Assembly: GCA_002325605.1 (NCBI GenBank)
Contig: DCSM01000073.1
Span: 1 to 44,166 of the forward strand
DNA from: Chloroflexaceae bacterium UBA1466
Lineage (GTDB): Bacteria > Chloroflexota > Chloroflexia > Chloroflexales > Chloroflexaceae
Length of the DNA stretch: 44,166 nt
Direction of reading: 5' to 3'
In this document: in pieces, positions 26,510-35,409 of the stretch
Position numbering within the stretch: position 1 is the stretch's first letter
Layout: every line of letters begins with the position of its first letter
Notes under the pieces: generated by a model
The model's database searches: none
What the model was told of the DNA's origin: nothing
The model's input: only the letters and a program-made list of their open reading frames with translations
Made by a program: the position numbers and the translations under genes

Positions 26510-27073
26510 ATGAAAAGTCTAACTGTTGCGCTGGCGGGCAACCCTAATGCAGGCAAAAGTACCGTTTTCAATGCTTTGACGGGCGACCACCAACACGTGG
26601 GCAATTGGGCAGGCAAGACGGTGGAGCAAAAAACAGGTTTTTTTGCTCATAATGAGGTTAAAATTACCGTTATTGATTTGCCCGGAACTTATAGCTTATC
26701 GGCCTTTTCGCTGGAGGAGCAAATTGCCCGCGATTTTATCGTCAAGGCTAAACCCCAAGTTGTCGTCAATATCCTTGATGCTTCCAATATCGAGCGCAAT
26801 CTTTATCTCACAGCCCAAATTTTAGAAATAAATATCCCTTTGATTATCGTCTTAAATATGCATGATCTGGCCCAAGAACGGGGTTTTCAAATAGATACTC
26901 ACCGTTTATCAATGCGTTTGGGTGGCCTACCTGTGATTCCGATGATTGCGCGGCGAAGCGAAGGCTTAGAGGCGCTCAAACAAGCGATAGTCAATCTTGC
27001 TCTTGCTCAAAGGAAGCCTTATGTCCACTCCTGCCCTTTTGCGGCCCCAAACTGCCCTTCGTGTCGAATATAG
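26510..27073 (+). CDS. feoB: FeoB N-terminal GTPase (G-domain) encoded as a separate ORF
   Basis: G1 [10 protein letters not shown]3 DLPGTY, G4 NMHD. The last ~20 aa ([20 protein letters not shown]) have no FeoB-like character and overlap the next ORF in another frame. Confidence 0.85.
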   Translation: MKSLTVALAGNPNAGKSTVFNALTGDHQHVGNWAGKTVEQKTGFFAHNEVKITVIDLPGTYSLSAFSLEEQIARDFIVKAKPQVVVNILDASNIERNLYLTAQILEINIPLIIVLNMHDLAQERGFQIDTHRLSMRLGGLPVIPMIARRSEGLEALKQAIVNLALAQRKPYVHSCPFAAPNCPSCRI

Positions 27074-28721
27074 CCCCGAAATTGAGACTGAACTTGGCCA
27101 TCTAACCCTTCTCCTTGAACAGAGTCAAGCGTTGCTGGCGCTTTATCCCCCCCGCTGGTTGGCAATTCAGCTTTTGGAAGGCGACGAACTATTGTTGGCC
27201 GAGGTTCTAGCCACCACCCAAAACTCTGAAATCAGCCAAACTCTCCAGAAAAGTCGTGCAAAGTTACAAGAACAATATAGTGATGCCTTAGAAGTCGTTT
27301 TAGCTGACTATCGTTATAGCTTTGTGCAGAGCTTGGTCAAAGAAGTCCTCACACGCAAGCATAATCAGAGCCTTACAACGTCAGATCGAATAGATAAAAT
27401 TGTTACAAATCGCTATTTTGGCATTCCTTTCTTCTTAATTTTAATCTATTTTATCTTTAATCTAGTACAAAATGTATCTGCGCCCTTCAGCGATTGGCTT
27501 GATTTTGTGCTGCACGGGCCGCTTACCAAATGGGTCATGGTGCTTTTGCATTTGGGGCAGGCTCCCGCTTGGCTCGTGGCGCTGGTGCGCGACGGCGTGC
27601 TTCCAGGGGTAGGTGGCGTGCTGATCTTTTTGCCCAGCCTGGCGATTCTCTATTTGGCCCTGGCGCTGCTGGAAGAAACAGGTTACATGGCACGGGCCGC
27701 TTTTGTGATGGATCAGACGATGAATCTCTTTGGGCTGCATGGAAAAGCCTTTTTACCGCTTATTTTGGGCTTTGGCTGCAATGTGTCGGCTGTCTATGCA
27801 ACCCGTACTATTGAAAGCCGCCCCGCTCGCATCGTCGTGGGGTTAATGGTTCCTTTCATCTCTTGTTCAGCCAGATTACCTGTCTATATCGTCTTTGGCA
27901 TGGCATTTTTTCCTCATCACGCCGATTTGATAATCTTTGGCCTCTATCTGTTTGGGGTTGTGATTGCTTGTGCGGTAGGGCTGACGCTTTCTCAGCTGAC
28001 CTTTCGGGGCGAACAGATGACCATGGTTATGGAAATGCCTGCCTACCACATGCCCACCTTGCGAAACTTAACAACGTATGTTTGGCAGAATTGCGTTCAA
28101 TTTACCCGCAACGCTGGGACAGTCGTTTTAGCAACGTCAATTGTCCTTTGGTTATTTTTGAATCTACCTTGGGGCACGCAGAATCCCCGTGAAAGTCTCT
28201 ATGGGCAAGTAAGCGCGACCATTGCACCCGTTTTTGAGCCAGCAGGGTTTGGGCGCTGGGAAGTTACAGGCGCTCTCCTTTCGGGCTTTATTGACAAAAA
28301 GATGATTATTTCTTCCTTAGCCCAGCTTTATGGAAATGCGCTGCCAGCGCCAGAACTTTCGCAACCAACAACCTTGGCCCAAGACCTGACGCAGCTTGGC
28401 GAAAAGTTTGGAGCCGCGACTTTGGAAACAGGAAAACAGCTTTTAGCGACCTTCACGCCAGGTCTGAACCTTTTTGCGGCTTCAGCGGAGCCGACCAATC
28501 CAACGCTGCGGACTAAATTGAGCCAAGTTTTTTCGCCCTTGGCGGCCATTGCCTTCCTCGGTTTTACGCTACTTTGTACGCCTTGCATAGCGACTCTTGC
28601 GGCCCAAGCGCAAGAATATGGCTGGCGCTGGGCGATTTTCGCGTTCGGGCTTCATGCCTTCTTGTCCTGGAGCGTCGCAGTTGCGATCTATCAAGGGGGA
28701 CGCTTGTTTGGGCTGAGTTAA
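27021..28721 (+). CDS. feoB: FeoB helical + membrane permease portion encoded as a separate ORF
   Basis: [42 protein letters not shown] closely parallels E. coli Feo[46 protein letters not shown] at 27021 with AAGGAAG 4 nt upstream. Frame is +1 relative to the G-domain ORF. Confidence 0.85.
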   Translation: MSTPALLRPQTALRVEYSPEIETELGHLTLLLEQSQALLALYPPRWLAIQLLEGDELLLAEVLATTQNSEISQTLQKSRAKLQEQYSDALEVVLADYRYSFVQSLVKEVLTRKHNQSLTTSDRIDKIVTNRYFGIPFFLILIYFIFNLVQNVSAPFSDWLDFVLHGPLTKWVMVLLHLGQAPAWLVALVRDGVLPGVGGVLIFLPSLAILYLALALLEETGYMARAAFVMDQTMNLFGLHGKAFLPLILGFGCNVSAVYATRTIESRPARIVVGLMVPFISCSARLPVYIVFGMAFFPHHADLIIFGLYLFGVVIACAVGLTLSQLTFRGEQMTMVMEMPAYHMPTLRNLTTYVWQNCVQFTRNAGTVVLATSIVLWLFLNLPWGTQNPRESLYGQVSATIAPVFEPAGFGRWEVTGALLSGFIDKKMIISSLAQLYGNALPAPELSQPTTLAQDLTQLGEKFGAATLETGKQLLATFTPGLNLFAASAEPTNPTLRTKLSQVFSPLAAIAFLGFTLLCTPCIATLAAQAQEYGWRWAIFAFGLHAFLSWSVAVAIYQGGRLFGLS

Positions 28722-28728
28722 ACGACCT

Positions 28729-28764
28729 AAAAAAGCTCTCCCCTTTTGTGCCAAAGGAGAGAGC
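28729..28764 (-). terminator. Intrinsic terminator for the minus-strand J-domain gene (may also stop feoB readthrough)
   Basis: Stem GCTCTCCCCTTT / AAAGGAGAGAGC (one mismatch), preceded on the + strand by AAAAAA, which is a U-tract on the - strand. Confidence 0.55.
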
Positions 28765-28796
28765 TAACGTTTCAAGTTATCTTCTGATCAGCTTAC

Positions 28797-30116
28797 CTAT
28801 TTGGGAACCAAACTCCGAATCTCTAGGTTATCAAAGAGAGCTTCAACCTCATAAGTTTTCCGCGCAATAGCAATAATGCCATAATCATTACTGATCTGAT
28901 TGATGTTTTCAGGCGAAACCTCTTTAACCAACTGCTCATTGATAAAAAGCCTAAGATCTCCGCCTGCCAGATGAGCTACTAAGCGATTAGTGGCTTTTTT
29001 AGTCTGCTTAATGGCGGGGCTTTCGCCCTCAGCAAGCGTTTTCATCTGCTCCCCTGTCCATTGCTGAAGCTGATAGGTGCCATTAAGAGGGTCAACGAAA
29101 AAGGCCAGATAATCTTTGGGACTCACAAAGCGAAACATCAGGCCTGCTGCGCCACCTTCAACCTGGACATCGGCCCCAAGGCTGAAGTTTGGCCCCCCTG
29201 GAGCCGTGCGGCAATACCAAATTGGAATCAAGTTGCCATGGACAGCAATCCGATATTTGCCCTCGAAAGGTTCCGCTTCCCAGCCTCGCCCCTGCGTAGT
29301 TTGCCAACCCTGGGGGTCAGTGAAGTCACTCAGGTAAAGCAATTCCCCTTGCTCTGGTTTGAGGGGCGTGACGGTGGGGGGCGGAGTAGAAGTTGGGGTT
29401 TTCTTGGGCAGGGGACTGGCCGTAGGCTTGGGAATGGAGGTCGGCTCAGTGGTGGGCGTAAAGGTTGGGGTGGCCGAAGCTTGGGGCGTTGGCGAATTAG
29501 TTGGCGTGGCGGTTGGCTTGGCAAACCCAATGAGCAATGGCTGTTGTTTGGCCATGCCAATTCCTACAACCAGCAGGCCCGCCAGCAAGATAACAATTAG
29601 ACCGCCGCCTAAAAACCAAAAGCGCCGACTTTTCAGGTGACTTGGGCCAGGTGGGGCCGGCTTTTTGGGACTCGCAACGCTCCCCGGCGCTCCGGCGGCC
29701 TCCGCTTGCGCCAACAAGGTCGCGCTGTCGCGGTAGAAGGGATTGATTTGCTGCAATTCTCGTAAGGTAGCTGCGGCCTGCCCGTAACGCCGCGCCGTCA
29801 AGTGAGTCCGCGCCTGCTCATACAAATCGGCCTGAAGATCGGTGGGCGCGGGCGGCGAGCGGTGCGGTTTTTGCCAACTGGGTTTGGGGTTCGGGGTCTC
29901 TTTCCCGCCTGGGGCACTACGATTCTTAGGGTTACTTAAAACTTTATAGGCTTCATTGATCAGTTGTGTCCGCCGTAGCGCATAAGGCTTATCGGGGTGG
30001 ACATCAGGATGATACTGCTTGATCTGGGTCCGCCAAGCAGCTTTAAGCTCGTCCTCTGTCGCGTTGCGTCCGACTCCCAGCAATTCATAATGGTCAAGGT
30101 TTTCAAAAGCATCCAC
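28797..30116 (-). CDS. Membrane-anchored J-domain protein: DnaJ domain - TPR-like helix pair - TM - Pro/Thr linker - extracytoplasmic LamG/DUF1080-like domain
   Basis: J domain DHYELLGVGRNATEDELKAAWRTQIKQYHPDVH (HPD present). TM FWFLGGGLIVILLAGLLVVGIGM. PT linker. C-terminal beta-sandwich-like domain ending ALFDNLEIRSL. GTG start. Confidence 0.85.
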   Translation of the reverse strand: MDAFENLDHYELLGVGRNATEDELKAAWRTQIKQYHPDVHPDKPYALRRTQLINEAYKVLSNPKNRSAPGGKETPNPKPSWQKPHRSPPAPTDLQADLYEQARTHLTARRYGQAAATLRELQQINPFYRDSATLLAQAEAAGAPGSVASPKKPAPPGPSHLKSRRFWFLGGGLIVILLAGLLVVGIGMAKQQPLLIGFAKPTATPTNSPTPQASATPTFTPTTEPTSIPKPTASPLPKKTPTSTPPPTVTPLKPEQGELLYLSDFTDPQGWQTTQGRGWEAEPFEGKYRIAVHGNLIPIWYCRTAPGGPNFSLGADVQVEGGAAGLMFRFVSPKDYLAFFVDPLNGTYQLQQWTGEQMKTLAEGESPAIKQTKKATNRLVAHLAGGDLRLFINEQLVKEVSPENINQISNDYGIIAIARKTYEVEALFDNLEIRSLVPK

Positions 30117-30178
30117 GAGTTCTTCGGTCCTGCACAGTATGCGAAAGAAGTTGCTCTTCCTTAGTTCTACTGGCCTCT

Positions 30179-30187
30179 ATTATAACA
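30179..30187 (-). promoter_or_regulatory. Putative extended -10 promoter (TGTTATAAT on - strand) for the J-domain gene
   Basis: The reverse complement of ATTATAACA is a perfect TGn+TATAAT, about 63 nt upstream of the GTG start. Confidence 0.5.
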
Positions 30188-30280
30188 CAGGGCCTCTTAA
30201 CCGATTTCACGCGGGCCGCGCAGGTAGAAGAAGAAACATTATCTTGAATTGGCTTTACTACGCTGTGTAGACTCTAATTA

Positions 30281-30309
30281 TTGTAAATTATAGCTTTCTA
30301 TAGTATAGT
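30281..30309 (+). promoter_or_regulatory. Putative sigma70-type promoter (TTGTAA-17-TATAGT)
   Basis: TTGTAA at 30281-30286, a 17-nt spacer, TATAGT at 30304-30309, in an AT-rich tract of the 367-nt divergent intergenic region. Confidence 0.45.
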
Positions 30310-30357
30310 TTTAGCCAGTCTTTTAGAGGTTTATTTTAGAACTCAAACAAGTGAGCG

Positions 30358-30388
30358 GAGGGTTGGCCGCTTGGCTCGCCCTCTTTTT
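30358..30388 (+). terminator. Intrinsic-terminator-like hairpin plus T5 inside the intergenic region (sRNA end or leader attenuator)
   Basis: GAGGGTTGGCC-GCTT-GGCTCGCCCTC (9 Watson-Crick pairs, 2 G-U pairs, 1 mismatch, GCTT tetraloop), followed directly by TTTTT. No + strand CDS lies upstream. Confidence 0.5.
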
Positions 30389-30414
30389 CCCCGATTCCGC
30401 CAGAAATGCAATTA

Positions 30415-30423
30415 TGATAGAAT
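30415..30423 (+). promoter_or_regulatory. Possible extended -10 element (TGATAGAAT) proximal to the first giant kinase
   Basis: TGn+TAGAAT about 97 nt upstream of the ATG at 30520. No convincing -35. Confidence 0.3.
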
Positions 30424-30519
30424 GAACAGGTGCATTCCTGCTCCCGCTCAAAGAACCCCAGCTTTCTGGGAGTCGCTTGAATTTTGGGAAACCTCGGCCA
30501 AGGCGAAGGCAAGCATTCT

Positions 30520-33500
30520 ATGAATAACGGACCTTTCAAACATTGCATTCCTAACTGCAAACAACCCATGGATCTTTGGTCTTTGCTCGACACGCTCCCT
30601 GATGGGCTGGCTATTTTGGATGCTGAGGGCCAGATTCGCTATTTCAATGCCGCTTGGAAACAAGCGCTTGAGAATTCCGCGAACGCAAATCAGTGGTTTG
30701 AGCTTGGAAGTAATTATTTAGCGGGGTTTACGTTCACTTTTTCGCCGACGAATGCCATAGCCGAGGCAATGGCCGTGGGGTTGACCGAGGTTTTGCGGGG
30801 GCAAAGGGCGCAATTCTCTCTTGATTATCCTTATTTTGATCTGCTAACCCAGCCCCCGTCAAAAGCGCCCAAGCTTCGGCAGCGCTGGTTTATGGCCACG
30901 CTCACGCCCTACACGATAGAAGGTCAGCCGGGGATTTTAGTCCAGCAGCAGGAGATCACGGAACGCAAACAGGCCGAAGCGACTTTGCGCGAGAGCGAAA
31001 TGCGGTTTCGGAGCCTAATTGTGCGGAATAGCGATGCGATGATTGTGGTAGATCGCAGCGGCGTGATTCGGTTTGTCAACCCTGCGGCCGAACGGATTTT
31101 AGGCTATAGTGCAAGGGTGCTAGTCAATTCTGAGTTTGGGTTTCCCGTAGTTGCTGGGGAAACGACAGAAATAGATGTGTTGTGTCATGGGGGGACAACA
31201 GCGATTGCTGAAATGCGGGTGGTGGCCACCGAATGGGAGGGAGATATTGCTTATCTTGCTTCTTTGCAAGATATAACTGAGCGCAAACAGACTGAAGAAG
31301 CCCTGGAACAACTCAAAGATCGCCATGAACTCTTGCTCAGTTCGGCTGGCGAAGGGATTTATGGCCTCGATTTTGAAGGTTATATTACCTTTATCAACCC
31401 CGCGGCGGCGAATATGGTCGGCTATATGCCTGAAGATTTGGTTGGGAAATCGTTTCAGCTCTTGCTTGGGCCACCCCAAATTGGGCCTGAAGAGCCAGAA
31501 AAAGAAAAACGCTTGGTTCAAAGCCCGATTCTGACCACGATTCGGGAGGGGGCCGTTCATCGGGTGGCGGATGAATCTTTTTGGCGCAAGGATGGAACCT
31601 CTTTTCCTGTAGAATACGCAAGTAACCCAATTCGGGAGCGCGGGAGATTAGTGGGGGCGGTGGTCACCTTTCGAGACATCACCGCCCAAAAGCAAGCGGA
31701 GGGCACGCTCAAAAAAGCCCAGGCCGAATTGGAGCGCAAAGTTCAGGAGCGCACTGTAGAGCTACGGGGGGTGGTGGATCGGCTTTTCTTTGAGCTAATT
31801 GAGCGCATGCGGGCCCGGGATGCGCTCCATGAAGCCGAACGGTTTACCCGCTCGATTCTGGATTCGCTGGCGACCCATATCGCGGTCTTAAACGAAAAGG
31901 GGTTCATCATTGCGGTCAATAAGGCGTGGCTGGGGTTTGCGGAATCGAACCCGCCGGTCATCACCAATATCGCGGAGGGCGCGAATTATTTGCAGGTTTG
32001 CGATAACGCGACGGGCCCGTGTGCCGAAGAAGCCGGCAACTTTGCCGTAGGAATTCGGGATGTGCTAAGGGGCGAGAAAGACAATTTCAGGCTGGAATAT
32101 CCCTGCCATTCACCCTCTGAGCAGCGTTGGTTTGCGGGCCAAGTCTTGCGGTTGCTGGGCGAAGGCCCGGTGCGCGTCGTGGTGGCCCACGAAAACATTA
32201 CGGAACGTAAATTGATGGAAGAGGCTTTGCGGCAAAGCGAAGAGCGTTATCGCTCCGTCATTGAAGCCATGTCAGAAGGGATTATTTTGCAAAATGCGGC
32301 TGGGGCCGTAACAGCTTGGAATGCCAGTGCAAAATGGATTTTAGGCTATAATCGAGAGCAAATGGCGCATAACTTGATTCAAAACATCCAACAAAATGCC
32401 ATTCACGAAGATGAAAGACCTTTTCTTGAAACTGATCTGCCTGCTTCAATCACTTTACGCAGCGGTAAACCGCAATATAATGTAGTTCTTGGCGTGCTGC
32501 GGCCCCATTCACAACACCGAATTTGGCTTTCGATCAACACCCAACCGCTATTTCGGGCCCAGGAACCTTTGCCCTACGCGGTAGTTTCTTCCTTTTCAGA
32601 CATCACGGACCGCAAGAAAGCCGAACAGGCCCTGCGGGAATCGGAAGCTCGTTATCGGATTGTTTCGGAATTAACGTCGGATTATGCTTATGCCCTGTCG
32701 CTTCAGCCCGATGAAACTATCGTTTTAGAATGGTTTACCGATGCTCTGAATCGGATTTGTGGGTTTGGGCCCGAAGAAAGGGTTACGTATACCGCTTGGC
32801 TAAATTTGGTTCACCCTGCGGACCGCGAACTCATACAGCAGCGCCATCACCCTTTGGCAAGCTCCGGGAACTTGCGGAAAGGTCAAGCCGAAATGCAAGA
32901 ATATCGGATTCTAACGCGCAATGGGGAAATACGGTGGTTGCGGGGCTATGAGCGGCCTGTGTGGGATGCAAAGCAGCAACGGGTAGGCTTAATTTATGGC
33001 GCAGCGCAGGATATTACGGAGCGCAAACAGGCTGAAGAGGCCCTCACGCAGGCCCGCGAAGCTGCGGAAACGGCCACCCGCGCCAAATCGGAGTTTTTGG
33101 CCAATATGAGCCATGAGATTCGCACACCCCTCAATGCCATTTTGGGGATGACGACTTTGCTTTTGGATACGGAGCTTAACCCTGAACAACGCGATTTTGT
33201 CGAGACCACGCGCATTAGCAGCGATGTCTTACTCACGATTATCAATGATATTCTGGACTTTTCCAAAATTGAATCCGGGAAATTAGAATTAGAACATCAA
33301 CCTTTTGATTTAAGAGTTTGTATTGAAGAAGCGCTTGAATTAGTTGCCTCAAAAGTCGCTGAGAAAAACCTAGATTTAGCCTATATCGTTGACGATCTCA
33401 CGCCCAGCCTGCTGGTGGGTGATGTCACCCGTTTACGCCAGATTTTAATGAATCTGTTGAGCAATGCAGTTAAATTCACCGATGCGGGGGAAGTTGTGAT

Positions 33501-35406
33501 CACCGTGGTGGCGCGGCCTTTGGAAGCTTCCAACTATCGGTTACACTTGGCCGTGCGGGATACGGGGATTGGCATTCCGGGGCCCAAGATCGAGCGACTT
33601 TTTCGCTCTTTTAGCCAAGCCGATAGCTCTATGACGCGCAAATACGGGGGCACGGGGCTTGGTTTAGCGATCAGTAAGCATCTCGTCGAAATGATGGGCG
33701 GGACGCTCTGGGTCGAAAGCGAAGTTGGCAAAGGTTCAACCTTTCATTTCACCATCCTGGCCGAAGCGCTGCCCACCGGCCAAGCTTCTCTGGTCGCGCT
33801 GGGCGAAAACCCTCGCACGTACCAAGCTCAACTGGCGGGGCGGCAGGTGCTGATCATTGATGGCAATGCCACCAACCGCTTTGTCCTGGCCCATCAGGTG
33901 CAAGCTTGGGGCATGTACCCTTGGGTCGCTGCGTCGGGTTCGGAGGCTTTGACCTGGCTCCAGCGCGGCGAATCTTTCGATGTGGCCATCTTTGATTTAC
34001 GCACGATAGAGATCAATGGGAACACCTTGACCGCCACGCTTTGGAACCAAAAAACCAAAATGCCGCTGGTTTTGCTCATTCCTCTGGTCACCAAGGGGCA
34101 GAAGGGTTATCTTTTAGAGCAAACCCCCCAATTTAACGAACTGAACATCATCGCCATGTTGACCAAACCAGTCAAACCTTCCTATCTCTATGATGCCCTG
34201 ATGAATGCCTTGCATCCGGCTCTGCCCCAAATCCAAGGTCGAGCGGGGGGCGATAATCCGCCGGAAGCCCCTTCTGGGAAACCCAAGCTCCGGACCCCTC
34301 TCATTGACCCCCAGACCGCTCAACAGTACCCCTTACGCATCTTGCTCGCTGAAGACAACGCGGTCAACCAGAAAGTTGCCCTGCGCTTGCTGGAGCGGCT
34401 GGGCTACCGGGCCGATGTCGCCGCCAATGGGCTGGAAGTTCTGGAAGCTTTGGAATGGCGACACTATGATGTAATCCTGATGGATGTCCAGATGCCGGAG
34501 ATGGACGGTCTGGAAGCGACCCAAAGAATTCGCTCCCTCTGGCCGGAGGGCCGGCAGCCGCGCATTATTGCCATGACCGCGCATGCCTTTCAAGGTGACC
34601 GAGAACGTTGTCTGACTGTCGGCATGAATGACCATATCAGCAAACCGATCCGGGTTGAGGAATTGGTTAAGGCCTTAACCGCGACTCCTTCGTTACCTTT
34701 GCTACCTTTGGCCAGCTCAGGTAGTCCTTCAGGCTTCGCTGCTCCTTCGTGGAGGGAGCAGAATGGGCAAGCCGGCAAGAGGTCAGAGGCCGTCCCGGAA
34801 ACAGGGCAGCTCCCTCCGCCCCCCGTAGCTTCAGGGGCTGCCGGGCGGGGCGGGAGCCAAAGGGGCAAGCGGGAAAGAGCCAAGGTGCAGAATGGGCAAG
34901 CCGGCAAGAGTCTCGCTGCTTCGCCCTCCGTTGCTTCAGCGGCCATCGAAGGGTTGGCGCTCTCCCCTTTGTTTGACTCCGCCACCTTTGAAAGCCTGTG
35001 TCTCATGCTGGGCGAAGATAGTCCTGAAATTATTGCCGAACTGCTTACGATCTATCTCCATGATACCCCTAAGATCATCGCCAACCTTCACCTTGCATTG
35101 ACCAAGCAGGATGCTTGTTTATTGACTCGTGCGGCCCACTCGCTCAAATCGACCAGTGCCCAACTGGGAGTCACCGCGTTAGCCGACGTGGGCAAGCAAC
35201 TCGAATTGCTGGGCCGCGCCCTTACCTTTGAAGGGGTCCCCGATCTTCTCTCTTTTCTTGAAACTAGCTGGCCGCAGGTGCAAAGAATCTTACTTTCCTA
35301 TGTCCCTCTTCCCAAGCTTCCTCTTCTGTCCCCCCAACCTAACCTTCGAGACGAGCTTTCTGCAATTGCCCCGGACCGACCAACCATGCCCAACTCAAAG
35401 GATTGA
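30520..35406 (+). CDS. Giant hybrid (unorthodox) sensor histidine kinase: ~6 PAS - HisKA - HATPase - degenerate REC - REC - low-complexity linker - Hpt
   Basis: Repeated PAS boundaries ([52 protein letters not shown]). H-box [22 protein letters not shown] (His codon 33112-33114). [12 protein letters not shown]2 acceptor VILMDVQMPEMDG (Asp codon 34483-34485). Hpt AAHSLKSTSAQLG (His codon 35137-35139). The ORF track begins at a TTG at 30484. The ATG at 30520 aligns better with the N-terminus of the paralog. Confidence 0.9.
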   Translation: MNNGPFKHCIPNCKQPMDLWSLLDTLPDGLAILDAEGQIRYFNAAWKQALENSANANQWFELGSNYLAGFTFTFSPTNAIAEAMAVGLTEVLRGQRAQFSLDYPYFDLLTQPPSKAPKLRQRWFMATLTPYTIEGQPGILVQQQEITERKQAEATLRESEMRFRSLIVRNSDAMIVVDRSGVIRFVNPAAERILGYSARVLVNSEFGFPVVAGETTEIDVLCHGGTTAIAEMRVVATEWEGDIAYLASLQDITERKQTEEALEQLKDRHELLLSSAGEGIYGLDFEGYITFINPAAANMVGYMPEDLVGKSFQLLLGPPQIGPEEPEKEKRLVQSPILTTIREGAVHRVADESFWRKDGTSFPVEYASNPIRERGRLVGAVVTFRDITAQKQAEGTLKKAQAELERKVQERTVELRGVVDRLFFELIERMRARDALHEAERFTRSILDSLATHIAVLNEKGFIIAVNKAWLGFAESNPPVITNIAEGANYLQVCDNATGPCAEEAGNFAVGIRDVLRGEKDNFRLEYPCHSPSEQRWFAGQVLRLLGEGPVRVVVAHENITERKLMEEALRQSEERYRSVIEAMSEGIILQNAAGAVTAWNASAKWILGYNREQMAHNLIQNIQQNAIHEDERPFLETDLPASITLRSGKPQYNVVLGVLRPHSQHRIWLSINTQPLFRAQEPLPYAVVSSFSDITDRKKAEQALRESEARYRIVSELTSDYAYALSLQPDETIVLEWFTDALNRICGFGPEERVTYTAWLNLVHPADRELIQQRHHPLASSGNLRKGQAEMQEYRILTRNGEIRWLRGYERPVWDAKQQRVGLIYGAAQDITERKQAEEALTQAREAAETATRAKSEFLANMSHEIRTPLNAILGMTTLLLDTELNPEQRDFVETTRISSDVLLTIINDILDFSKIESGKLELEHQPFDLRVCIEEALELVASKVAEKNLDLAYIVDDLTPSLLVGDVTRLRQILMNLLSNAVKFTDAGEVVITVVARPLEASNYRLHLAVRDTGIGIPGPKIERLFRSFSQADSSMTRKYGGTGLGLAISKHLVEMMGGTLWVESEVGKGSTFHFTILAEALPTGQASLVALGENPRTYQAQLAGRQVLIIDGNATNRFVLAHQVQAWGMYPWVAASGSEALTWLQRGESFDVAIFDLRTIEINGNTLTATLWNQKTKMPLVLLIPLVTKGQKGYLLEQTPQFNELNIIAMLTKPVKPSYLYDALMNALHPALPQIQGRAGGDNPPEAPSGKPKLRTPLIDPQTAQQYPLRILLAEDNAVNQKVALRLLERLGYRADVAANGLEVLEALEWRHYDVILMDVQMPEMDGLEATQRIRSLWPEGRQPRIIAMTAHAFQGDRERCLTVGMNDHISKPIRVEELVKALTATPSLPLLPLASSGSPSGFAAPSWREQNGQAGKRSEAVPETGQLPPPPVASGAAGRGGSQRGKRERAKVQNGQAGKSLAASPSVASAAIEGLALSPLFDSATFESLCLMLGEDSPEIIAELLTIYLHDTPKIIANLHLALTKQDACLLTRAAHSLKSTSAQLGVTALADVGKQLELLGRALTFEGVPDLLSFLETSWPQVQRILLSYVPLPKLPLLSPQPNLRDELSAIAPDRPTMPNSKD
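34758..34910 (+). repeat. In-frame direct duplication inside the REC-Hpt linker of the first giant kinase
   Basis: Perfect 24-nt repeat GCAGAATGGGCAAGCCGGCAAGAG at 34758-34781 and 34887-34910, 129 nt (43 codons) apart. Both copies encode QNGQAGK. The flanking segments ...CCCTCCG..GCTTCAG.GGC are also similar. Confidence 0.8.
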
Positions 35407-35409
35407 ACC

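Noticed and set aside
26991-27073. Programmed +1 ribosomal frameshift joining the two FeoB ORFs
   Set aside because: There is no slippery or hungry-codon context (no CUU-UGA-type site). A shift at the ORF1 stop would retain about 20 non-FeoB residues. A separate start at 27021 or a simple indel explains the data better.
29061-29640. + strand ORFs (179, 73 and 93 aa) opposite the J-domain gene
   Set aside because: Their Gly/Trp/Arg-rich sequences mirror the Pro/Thr linker of the real minus-strand gene.
30336-30663. Two minus-strand ORFs (85 and 71 aa) in the intergenic region upstream of kinase 1
   Set aside because: They have no SD and no motif. They run across the promoter and terminator-like elements and into the kinase 5' end, so they are probably chance ORFs.
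34590-35006. 138-aa minus-strand ORF across the kinase 1 linker
   Set aside because: It stays open only because of the GC-rich repeat. Its repeated LLPACPFC is the reverse-strand reading of the QNGQAGK duplication, and it is nested in a real gene.
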